From Raillietiella orientalis (lineage: Eukaryota), in contig JAYWIR010000056.1 of the NCBI GenBank assembly GCA_036172245.1, positions 434,001 to 498,000 on the forward strand: a stretch of 64,000 nucleotides of DNA, in the 5' to 3' direction. Position 1 is the stretch's first letter, and each line of letters starts with the position of its first letter. Under the pieces are notes generated by a model. It saw nothing but the letters and a program-made list of their open reading frames with translations. It searched no databases and was not told the origin of the DNA. Of this stretch, positions 48,801 through 60,800 are shown one piece after another. A program made the translations under genes and the position numbers.

Positions 48801-51800
48801 AAGGCAAAGTTCCCTGTGTCGGAATTCCCTGACTTGTCCTAAACTCTTCTGAGGAGGCGCAGCAGCTTCGCGGGAGCTCCTCGCCATAAGTGCATTTAAT
48901 GGTTGATTGATTCTTCATTATTTAATGAAATAATATCTTTAAGAAAGATCAAAAATATCTTTTGTCGGGGGCCTGCTCGATACATTTTAAAAATATGTCT
49001 GGATTTACAAATACCGTAAATGCTTAGGATATTAACCAATATATAATATTCATCATATAGTAAGAAAAATGCAATCATCTAAATCAGTAAGATCGAAGGA
49101 AGAAGACGAAACAATTTAGTTATTTATTCCTAGAAGCCGTAGGGAACAAAATTTTCAATTTCCTGTTGATTAGGATTTCTAGGGAAGGGATTAATGAGTG
49201 GAATGATATTGATGATGGCGGTAAATCGGCTGGGATATTTTTGCTCGTAAAACATGGCTCTGTGCCTTTAAGGCAGGGTCATGCTTTCAGAGGGATTACA
49301 GAGTCGACGTTGACTCGTGCCGAGCATGGGCACAAGGATGCAGTCATCTTATGTCTTATGAAAATATTCTGGAGACTGATCCAGCTAATGGTTAATAGTT
49401 AGCGTTTTCATTTTAGGATCAGTAAAAGAACTGCAAGTGCTGTTTTCGTCGGCAAGCAAAATTTCATCTGACAGCAAAAGGTTCTCATCCTCAACACTGA
49501 GCATGCAAAGTACGGCTATCCGGAACGATTTGATGTGTAGTGGAAAGGAGAATACGGGAGTTAAGTCAAGTAAGTTCGGGACTTCGAAAAGTTCGACTGT
49601 GAATAGGAGGAAAGCGATGATCTCGGTCAAGCGCCTGCTGTCTACCTGTTGGTTTCTTCGGGATCCTCAAGGAAGCAACATACTGAGGATAAACCCACAA
49701 GGAGCAACATAAAAACCTTCTTTGAGGTCATTCGATCTTAGTCAACCAGAGATGGCAGGAACCCGCGACGGAAATGAAAGGAATGTCCCTGAACAATTCA
49801 GAGCTTCATCCAAGGTGATGCTCTCACGACATGGAGCAGCGTTCCGTTACTTCTGGGGAACTGTTGAAAAGCGTGTGATGCCGTGTGCGCTTTTTCAATT
49901 TCCGGTGTGCCCTTGTAGAAAATCTCCTTCCTTCAAGAAGTCGGAAAGGTTCTTTCGTGGTACATTTATGTGCATGGATAGAAATGTGCCCGAACGAGGA
50001 TTCATGTGACGCGGCCAGCCAGCGCTTGGTCTCGGTTCGGCCCGAAATCCCTCCAGGCACACTTACTTCCACGTCTTCTTTGTGATCCAGAAGAGGCGCT
50101 TCCATGATGTGCTTCAGGGAGAATGCCTCGCTCTCTACATCCAGCTTGTAATTAATTATCTCTGAAATCTTCTGCCAGTGACGAGACTTCATGGCCTTGT
50201 TGGACATCAGCTCAAGGAGAGGCGACAAATCGCTAAAATCATCGATTGCCTTCTTCAGCGTTATGAACGCCGGCCACTCTTTGAGGCGTTTCGGTAACTT
50301 CCTTGCCCTGAAATGTGAAAGTTCTTTGATCAGTCTCCAGCGATTCACATTGGCCCCCTATGGACGACCCGTTTTAAGTAGCATGGAGTTCAAGAAGTCT
50401 TCAGGCGTTCGCAAACATTCGAGTTTTTCAAGGGATCCTCATGAACGAAGACGAAGAGAGCGAAGAGAGCAAGACCCAAGAGAAAAAGAACTCACCTGTT
50501 TTGAAACTCAATCAGCTCATTATTTATGTTCTCTATGCTTATTTCGTTCCACAGAATACTGAAATAGCTGTTGATTCGATCGATGACATCATTGTAGAGG
50601 CGGTAAAGTTTTTGCATGAGATTCAGCTCCTTCTGTATCTGCTGGAGCTTGGGGTAATGAGAAATCTTCATCCCAAAAAGTTCTTCCCCTCTAGCGTATG
50701 TCATGTATTTTCTCCATAAAGAATCAAAGTCATTCTAAAGATCAGGACGGGATCATTTTTCAAAGTACAGCAGTTCCTACTTGGAATATGACCAATCTCC
50801 TGGAAGCTTCTTTCGGATCGAGACCTGGGGTCATCGGACCGTTCTCTTTGTAATCATTGTAAAAGTTGTTGCACTGCTCTTTAAACACAATGATGTCTTC
50901 CTTCAGTTTTTTCTGAATGTTGCAGAATGAGTCTGACGAACAGTCAGTTTTCCACCGTATCTACCTGGAAGCTGTTCTGGATGGTGGTGAGCAAGATTTG
51001 CAAGTCCGTTGTTAGCACTTGAAGCTTTTGCCAAGTGTATCTCAGATTGTCCACTCTGTCGATTTCCTCTCTAGACAAGGGAATGTGGAGTTTGGAGATG
51101 AAAGTGAAAGCTTCCTGAAATTCAGAACGAGTGAAGTTCACCATCCAGTTGAGTTATGCAGACCGAACCACGAGATTCCTACTATTCCATTAAGAGGAGA
51201 ACACTGAATTTGCTGACATTAGTAACGTTGGGTGAAAAAAGAAAAAAAAGCATGGCGATTTTACTCCGGGTCGTACAAGGGATGATGGAAATCCTTCGCT
51301 TTCAGCTTTTTTTGGGGGGAGGACGGGGTCGCTGAGTACTTCAAGAACCAGTGTCCCACGCAGCTCTTTGGGACTGTTCCCTACCCCATCCGAGGGCACT
51401 TGTGTTAATTCTTCAAGATACCGGGAGGGGACCTCCTTTCAAGCCTGGGGAAGCATCCCCGAAGGGAACTTCCCAACCCTGGTTGTCTCCGACGGGAACC
51501 CGGAAGAGAATCCTCCCCTTCTTTACTCTCTCCGGAAGGACCCCCGAAGGGGTCTGCTCCATGTTTTCTTCTCCTCAGGGACGATTCCGAAATTCAGAAG
51601 GGCTCTCCCCAAAGAAAGCGACACGCTTCTCTGGAACTCTAGAGATGTGGGGACACACCTACTCTACGGAAGGTCCCCCCCAAAGGGGAGTCCGCTTCTA
51701 TGCACAACTGGGGGGGAACTCCCACTCCTTGATTCCTGGAAGGAACCCGGAGGTCGACTGCTCGATGCATTCGCATGATAGTAGCGGAATGAACTACGGT

Positions 51801-54800
51801 GAACCGGAAGCTGAACGGAAATCACGCGCGCAATTATAATTATTAGTCATTGCCTATTACTCATTCCCTCACGTTGTAGTGATTCGTGATGCATCTGGTC
51901 GAAAGGAAAGTCTGTTGATTCGCGAGGGAAAGGGATGCCATATCTCACGACTGATGCACGGATGTGTGTGACGTGCATCCTCGATTCCGCAGATGACCAA
52001 ATAGCTCCATCTGCAAGTGATTCCTGCAGCCGGAATCTGAACAAATTCCCATTAGATTGCACTCTTTGAACGGTTGCGCCCAGGAGGGATTCGAGGGACT
52101 TTCCTCCTCGTGAAATTCGCTTGCGTCCTTCTTGGTGCAAGGACGGGACTTCGAAGAGTTGTGATGGGACGAGGCAGTGTTATGGACAGCCACCGATCCT
52201 CTGGATACAGGTTCCGGATGACAAACGGAACTCTTGAAAACATGTGATGCAAGAAGCATCGATTGGCAGGATAGCTGAGGGTTTGTTTAGACAAGGATCA
52301 GGTATTTTGGAGACTACTGTGCTGCTACCAATAAGACTAAGAATACTAAGAACGCTGAAGTGACTACTGCTTCGAGGGAAGAATGATCGAAAGGCTATAT
52401 CAAGGCTTGGCCAGCTGCGCGCGAGAGCAATGAGGGAAGCATAATTTCACTCCAGATCGAATTAGTCATGAAAGGGGTCGGGTCATGTCACATTCTGTTA
52501 TCCACAGCGCTGCCGATGAAAGTATCTTTGGAAAAGGCTCGAATCCGTTATTCCAAAGATGCAGATTAAGAACGCTTATGGATCTTGGCACGGGCATCAG
52601 GATCTCCTTTCTTAACTGAAGAGCTATTTAGATCACGTGTAAGAAAAGCATTTGAAGCAAGAATTCCGCTGGTCCCCCAGGCCTAATCGCAAGGAAATGA
52701 GTAACCGTAGGTCGAATCAAGGAAACTCGCGCTCGCATTTCTTTTCCACATCACCCAATAGAAGCGAAATTTCCTCAGCAGCCACTGGAATGCTCCGAGA
52801 GCCTGAAAACGATGATGAAGATGTGATTTGAATTCACTGATTCAAGTTCCTGTGCTCTTTATGCTGCGTAGAGACTGCTCGCATTTCGTGGAGCACATCG
52901 CGTTTACACAAGCTTAGAAATTACCTGTCTGCCGAATTCAAGAGACGTGATGGATAGCGTGGAAGCAGAAGGCTGACGACAGAGTGGACGGATGGACCAA
53001 GATTTCAACCGGATTAGAATTTCAGTGCGAGACTTTGACAGGCTCCACAAACGAACGGCCGTTCGAATATCCCGCTGCTGAAGCATTGAATTTTACAGAC
53101 AACCCGATGGTTGCAAAAGCAAATCACAAGTCGCCTGGAAAGTAAGACGAGTTGGGATTTCTCCGAGATGAGAAGCAGAGAAGGTCTGATGTTCACAAAA
53201 CGAGTAACTCGTGAAACGGAAGTAAGAAGACGCGACAGAGACAGCGTGCTTCCTGGTGACACACAGGCAGAAGGACAGACAAACTGACCGAGTGCGTTCT
53301 TATTGGAAAATAAGTTGATCAAAAAGGGTTGATATATGGAACGGAAGTAAAGGAAACATCGGTTTCTGGAGGTTTCTCAAGAAATCACGCCACGCAAGAA
53401 ATATAAAAAATTCAAGATGGGATATCTCTTCCGTCGGAAGGAACAAGAAACTTCTACGGGTTGAACATCCTCAGAAAATGAGTGGTGAAGTACAGATTGT
53501 ACACCTCGCGTTTTTGCTCTCAAAGCAGTGGGCACCACTTCTGGAAATCTGAAAGCTTAGCGGATGCTCCTTGCATGTTCCGCAGAAACCGGAATTTTGC
53601 GTTTTATCAGGCAGCTTGCCGAAGGGAATCGAGAAGGAACTTCGAAAAAGCAGCACCATCACATGCAATACTTGAATTTGTCCACAGATGTGTTCGGCTC
53701 TCCCCGGCACTGGATGCAACTCTAATGATTTTTTCATCAATTTGGTGAGCAATGTATGACCTCCGGCGAACATCCGTTTGAAATAGACCCAAGGGTTGCG
53801 AAAAGATCAAGGCTAGAGTTCAGGAGCTTAGATTCAGGACTCTTCAAAGGAAAGAGATCAAGAGGAATTATTTTGAAGCTCAACTTCGTGGGAATGTGAA
53901 CTGTAATGCCGAAATGTTAAGAGTGGCTAGGAAATACAGAAACGATTTTCGTTTTTTGTTTTTTTAAGCCTTTTATGCACTCTCCCTTAGTTTTCCCCTA
54001 AAGGCATGTTTTCGGAGACTGCTTGCAGTTTGAGGGGGTATAGCCGAGTCTATGCTCTTAATGAGCTTCTATGAACTGCAATGAAAAGAAAAACTCCAGC
54101 TGTTATCAGAGAGAAGGTGACCTCCTTGGATCCTTTGCCTTTTGCCAAGAAAACACTACGAAACTGCAATCTAGTTTTTGGATTCAGAGTTGCGATAGAA
54201 GATGTTAAAGCAACAGAATAAATAAGTTATGAATAAGAGAGCTTCAGTACGAAGAAGTGTTACCAAGAACGTCGAACAGGAACTTTTGATAAATCTGGTA
54301 GAAAAAGATAGAGAGCGGCTATCGCTAGAGAGAAATATCGAGTTATAATGAGAATCTTGGAAACAGAGCGACAAAACATGGGTGCATTACTTGGAGGAAG
54401 ATTAGATAATGCACCCCAAAGCATCAAAATGGCAAAGTTCATCAAGAGCTCGAGACGGAAAAATGAAAGCCTTCCGGGTCGAATGACCACCATCCTGTAT
54501 ACTCTGTTGACCGACCGATGTCGCGCTCTTAAATGTATATTTGCATTCCCCTTGTGAAGGGGGAAGAGGATCCAAAAGGTTTGTAAGGAGAGAGGCAGGT
54601 CGCTGTGAATGCCAAACGAATCAGATGGCGCTTGAAGCAAGGTGGCGCAGTTGGGCGCAGGCAGATTTTAGATGGCGACAGCGTGCCTCAAAACAGATAT
54701 GCTGCGCTCCCTCGTATACTTGCCGACCCCCACGAACTCAGGAGCCATAATAGCCCATCGCATGCGTTTTTAAATGACCATGATGTGTGAGATGAATTCC

Positions 54801-57800
54801 AGCTGAAAAACATTGAGCACAGGATCTCGAAGACCCGAAGGTCGCAAATGGTACCAGTAGAGATGCTTCATTAAATGAAATGTCAGAGTCAGAGTGAAAT
54901 CTCATCACAAGCTCTGGATAACCACTTGCACCCAGATTGTCTTCCCACATCAAAAAAAAACAACAGAATGAAAGATGTAGTCAACCTGAGTGAGATCTTT
55001 GGAAAGTGCTCCACGAGCAGAATCAACGAGATTTTGAGAAGCATATCAGCAGCAATGAATCACCAGTGCTGGAAAGGTCGGCAAGCTAGGACTGCCTTCC
55101 ACGAGGTTGGCAGGGGCGAATGAGACTCATAGATTTATAGATAGCGGGATCTGTTACAAAGGATCGACTCTTAAGATAAAATTAAAGGTCCGCCGGATGA
55201 GAACGGAAGGGAAGCATATCAGGATGGTGATGACTGTGTACAGCCAGCATCAGTGGGGGAAACTCAGATATGAGGAAGTTTCACAAATAACACGCTGTTG
55301 GTTCTTCAAGTGGCACGAGAGACAGGTACGGCAGATTCCGTTCAAGAAGTGCTGAATCTAAGAGATTACCTCCACCGGCTCGATGGCCAGATCGATGTCA
55401 ATCTCCTTGCTACGAACTTCCCTCACGGCTTGGATACCGTGCCTGACGTCATCCAACTCCTCGATGGGGCGACTCAGTTTTAGGCGCAAGTCCTCCATCT
55501 GAGCGTACAGTTTGTCCATCTGGCGAGTGTACTGCGTTTTACAAGCTTGCCCGTAGGATATCACCCACTGACGTGCTTCCGCCACGAGTGCCAACTTCAG
55601 CTGCTCTGGAAAAGCAAGACAAGCAACGTCACTCTAATCCTTCCCGATAAAACGTGTGATGATGGAAAGTGCCCCAAAGAACTAAAAGTGGGTCTCGTTA
55701 GCGGCCGTTGGCTGCGGTCTCCGCGCTTGGCATCAAGAGTTGCGGGTTCGAATCCCTCCCGGGAAAGGACTGAAGCCAAGAACGCGCGCCGAGTCGTGGG
55801 TTTTTCGGGTCTCCCACAATCCCACCCGCAAGGCGACGCTGGTTGACCCACGGGTTTCGAGTGCGGCACTGGTTGACACCCGGTCACGTCGGGGAGTGTG
55901 GCACTAGTGGAAACTGGGAAATCGGATGCCCTCGTTGACTGGCTGGGATTGGAAGTCAACCTTCCGGGGTCCTTCCAGGAATCAAGGAGCCGGTTCCTTT
56001 CGAGGTTGCCCTGCGGTTGTGAGAATGGTGCCGTACCATGGGGTTGCGTCTCCAGAATGGCTAACTATAACAGGCCCCCACGACGAGTCTGTCCTATCTT
56101 AGTCCAGTACGCTGCAGCCTCCTCGAGTACCAGTGGGGTGCATGGTGCTTTCTCGAGATGATAAAAGTAGGTTGGCAGCCCTAAAGGGGGAACGGGACAA
56201 TCCTGGGCTGATTCTGGTGATCACTGATGTTCGTGAAAGAGAAGTGTTCTCACGGATGGTGTTGATCGAAATGCTGAACACCAAAAAATCTTGGAAGATC
56301 TTAAAAAATAAACGTGTGTGTTTATTACATGCATTAATATACATATTAATATACAAATTCATATTCAGATGCATATTTATTATTATCTGTCGACATAAAT
56401 ATAAATAATAACATGTTATTAATATATATTAAATATTATCAAAATAAATATATATTTATTATATATGTGTACGTAATGAAATGTATTGAATGAATATGTT
56501 AATATGGAATTATAGAAAATGAAAAAAATTGTGATGGCAGTTAAGAACAGTGGGAAAAACAAAATATAAATATATATCGTTAATTGTATGGTTATTATTA
56601 AATATTAATAAATAGGTATGTTAAAACAAGTCTGCATATTAAACTATATATAAATGTATATCACGAGGCTCATTTCAAAAGCAATGGCCGATCGGATAGA
56701 AAGAAAGAAAGAATAAGAGAAACAAAAATATGTATTGGTGGTTCGAAGCACGTACACCCCCATGTCATCTTTCTACGTAGTCACCATTTTTTCCCCCCAA
56801 GCACTTTTGACACCGTGGAAAAAGCTTTTTTAGACCGTCTGCATGAAATTCCGCCGCCTGCGAGTTCAGCCACTCAGCAGCACTGCAGTTTTCAACTCCT
56901 CACTCTCCCCCTCGAATCGCTGAGCCACTTCTGGAGGTGCAGGAAGACGTGGTAGTCACCGGGGGCGAGGTCAGGACTGATCAAAAAGTTCCCATTTGAA
57001 TTTCCGAACTGTTCCACAGTAGGCTGGCGAAGTGGTGGTCGTTCCGGTCTCCATAAAGTCCACCAAAAGCACACACCCTTTTGGCCCCACGCACTGCTGT
57101 ACGCACATTCCAGACAATTCGGAAATTCAGATGGGAACTTTCTGACCACTCAGTCCTGACCTCGAACCTTCGAACTTCGAACCACCAATACATTTTTTTT
57201 TGTTTCTCTTATTCTTTCTTTCTTTCTATCCGATCGGCCATTACTTTTGAAATGAGCCTCGTAAGACATACGATTAGCATATATATTCCTTTTTTTTACA
57301 ATCTTTATAATATTTATTAGTCGGTATGTAAATATATAGAATAAACATGTGTATTCATATTTTATGATCTTTCGGGATTTTGATCATGTGGATTTTGAAG
57401 CCAACTCCTCCGGGAAGATTGAAACCTTCGGGAGTGCGGGGGGGAAGGGGCTTTTTAACGGCACCGCCACAGAATGGTGTTTTTCTGGCTGCTGGAGCAG
57501 GTCGAGTTCTGCATGGGGCGTAGCAAGGGGCGTGGCAGGCTGCGACTCGCGACTCAAGAGGACTCGGAAGGAGACCTTCTTCAGCGGATCTGCCATCTCC
57601 AGTATGCGCTCCGTGGAGAAAGCGAGCCTGATGAAGAGGTCAAGCCATCCAGCGCCCATCAACTTCAAACAGGAAGCGGTCAAGTGCGGTGTGACCTCGA
57701 CCTGATACGGGGATTCAGCAGGCTCGAACGTTCCTGCCGAACTCCCCTCCTGTGATCACGCCTTCGAGACAGGCATCGGGTTTCCGGTGCGCTGCCCGCC

Positions 57801-60800
57801 GTACGAGGGGCAGGAAGAAGTCCTGCGGTGGCCGACCATTGACCGCAGCGGGACATCTTCCAGCTGAAGATGTTCCGCCTGAACCTCCGGAAGTGATCCG
57901 AGCCTGAACTAAACCTGAAGTGGATCGATCCCTTTCCGACTCGCTTCGTGACGTAAGCGTACTACCCGGCCTCTTACGCTACGGGAGTCAGAGCCTTCTC
58001 CCTCCCTTTTCAGAACCAGGATACGGGCAGGGGAACTTTCAGCCACCGGCAGGTTGCAAAGATCTCACGGCATGTTCCGCCGACTCCCGCTCGATATTCA
58101 GGAGCTGCAGATCACGCTGGAGAGCAGCCGAGCGCGATCCCGCCGCGCGCAAGCGCCCTTGCCGGTGCTTACCTGTACCGACCACGATCGGGCCGATGGT
58201 GTACGAAGACGGCTCGTTGTTGATCTCCTCCTCGAGATTCCGGTAGTGGTGCGTGAGACTTTCGAAATCCCCCAGGATAGGGGAGTCCTTCGAGAAGTCC
58301 TTGATGCGCGACTTTCTGTCGCCTTCCCACAGGGCACGGTAGCGGAACCAGTCACTGAACAGACTGCGAAAATCCTAGAGCCAAGAGGAGATCTCCGGAG
58401 CTCGCAGACTCCCGGCGTCGCCACTCACCGTTTCGGCGGACTGCAGGCAGTTGCACAGCGAGAAAATGACTCGGTGGATTTCCCTGTTCTCGTTGATGAG
58501 GCTGTAGAAATTGTGGGGCTGGATGAGCAGGCTGTATTTCGTCGGAGGGGATGCTTCCCTCAGGCGCCATTTTTTCGGAGTGTATTCTTCGAAGTAGGAT
58601 GCCTCCTTCCCCTGGGGGAACAGGAGAAAAGAGGAACGATGGGCCAACATGTGTATTCAAGAGCATGACAGGAAGGTTTCGACGAGACGTTCGCGGGAAC
58701 ATTGCGGACAAGCACGCGGACGAACCGAGCTGTTGCATGGCAACCCTGAAGCCAAAGAGGGGAAGTTCCGAAGCCACCATCACCATCCCAAAAATCCTTC
58801 CCTCAGAGGACGAACGCTTAGGTGACCTTAGGCACTGCAGCTAGAGGCAACAAGGATGGTCCTTCTGGAGGAAGGCTACCAGTCTTCTCTTCTTTCGCCA
58901 GAGGAGGGGTCTTTGCTGCTGATTCGAGCGATCAGCGACCTGCTATTCGCCCTCCCTCGATTCAAGGAAGCCCAGGAAGTGCCAAAGTTGGGCAACCAGA
59001 ATTCGAGAGGGAGAAGCAGCCGGAGTTTTCAAAAGAAAAAAAAACCTTTCGACAACACGAGAGGGAGACGCACGTCTCGAAGCGGTGCCGGAACATGTGT
59101 GCGTCCGGAAGGAATCCCCATGGAACGACTGAGTCCCCCGTCGGAGGCAGCACCTGTTGCCGACTGCTCCTCTGCTCTCTGAGTCTCCGTGGAGCTCAGA
59201 GAGCAGATGGTTGTCTCTGGAGAGGGCGCTGGCGCCTGCTTTCTCGAGGCTGGTGCCCTCCCGCCACCCTACCAGAAGCGGATTCTGAAAAGCACGCTAG
59301 TGAGAAGCGGCGGAGGCCATGCCTGTCGGTAGAGGCAAATCGAGCCAGGCAACGCGGAGATTTAATTTGTCACGTCAGGAGATCTCAGCAATCGTGACAA
59401 GATCACGGCATTCTTGGACATATAGGATTTTTTTTTTTTGGCTTCACTTCTTTGGTACCCAGCCATCCTGGGAGTCACGACCATCGCTGGAAATCCGCGT
59501 TGGTGCGTTCAAGAATGTCCCGAAGGAACGAGTGTCCGAAACCGAGACGAAGTAAAAGCCCTTGGAAGCAGAAGAAGACCAGGACGAAGGCGCCGTCGCT
59601 TGCCCTGCTCCTTCTTACAGGATTTCCTCCCTCTCTCGTGAGAATCGGTGTGAAATTGGATCGGGCTTCAGGGTGCAGGATGTCCAGGATGCTCTGCATC
59701 TGGATCGGGAGAAAGGGTGTACAACGGATGGACACTGCTCCACGAGGTTTCCCTATCTACCCCCTCCCCCTCCCTGCGCGGATGGGAAAAAGCCAGCGGG
59801 AAAACCCGGTTCGGAGCCAAGCATCCAGGCCAGCTTCTCCCTTCTTCTCGATACGGGTGTGAGGGGCCGACTCACGTGTTCCGATCTGTAACTGAGCCAC
59901 TGGGACACGGCCTTCGTGGTCGACACGATCAGCATAGCAGCCTTTGCCAGGACGTCTTGTATCTCGTCGAAACTGGGCTTCACTTTTATGTCGGGAATAA
60001 GAAGTCTGGCTTCCAGGAAGATGACTGGGGTCTGCTCCGCTGGTTTCTCTTTGTCGGCTGAGAACAGGGTTTGTGGCTGGATGGGGAAGTGTGGGATCAC
60101 CTGCTTGCGTTCCGTTCGTGACGCGTTTTCGAATCACCTCCAGAGTGTGCTTAATGATCTTCAGCAGCGCGTCCAAAACCAGATTGTTGTAAGAGTTCTT
60201 CAGCTTCCCGATGGCGATGTGCAGCTCCTCCTTCCCAAGGAACACTCGCTTCGCTACGCTTTTCAGCGACAAGGCTGCCCCGTTACCTTCATCGTCTTCA
60301 ACTTCTGAATCCTCGTTTGAGAAGACGTAAGAAAGGAAGGACACTTTACGCCTGGTGAGCCCTTCCGTGCAACCCTCTTGGACTCGAGGGTCCTGCAGCT
60401 TTTCCTAGCCGCTCCTCTGACTTGGCCAGGGGGACTTTGTTCGGAATACTGACGTTCACTCCGACTCGCTCCTCCTTCTGTAGTCGCCGGCTCATCGAAG
60501 CTGAAGTCTTCCTCTTCAAGAGGATTATAAAGGAGGATTATCTTGATGATCTCATCGACAGCTTGTTCCATCAGCTGAGAAGATGTGGTGGAAGCTACAA
60601 GAGGCATTTAGCACAGAGGTTACCTTATTCTTCATCTGCATCTCAAGAGAGCCGTAGTAGCAGGCTTTCCGTATTCTGGAGAGAAACTCTGCAAGAGTCC
60701 AGCGCTCTTGGACAGGGAAGTCGTACAGTACCACCGTTTCCATACTTGCCAGAGTGCCGTCGACCCGGTGCTTCCGTATTTCCAAAACTCTGGAACGCCT

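Noticed and set aside
55698..55760. Functional tRNA gene (also 16087-16120 and 32270-32325)
   Set aside because: A/B-box-like motifs only, with no complete cloverleaf or oligo-T terminator; better explained as SINE heads.
56892..57149. Active mariner transposase
   Set aside because: Only a frameshifted C-terminal fragment is present; the DNA-binding domain and most of the catalytic domain are missing.
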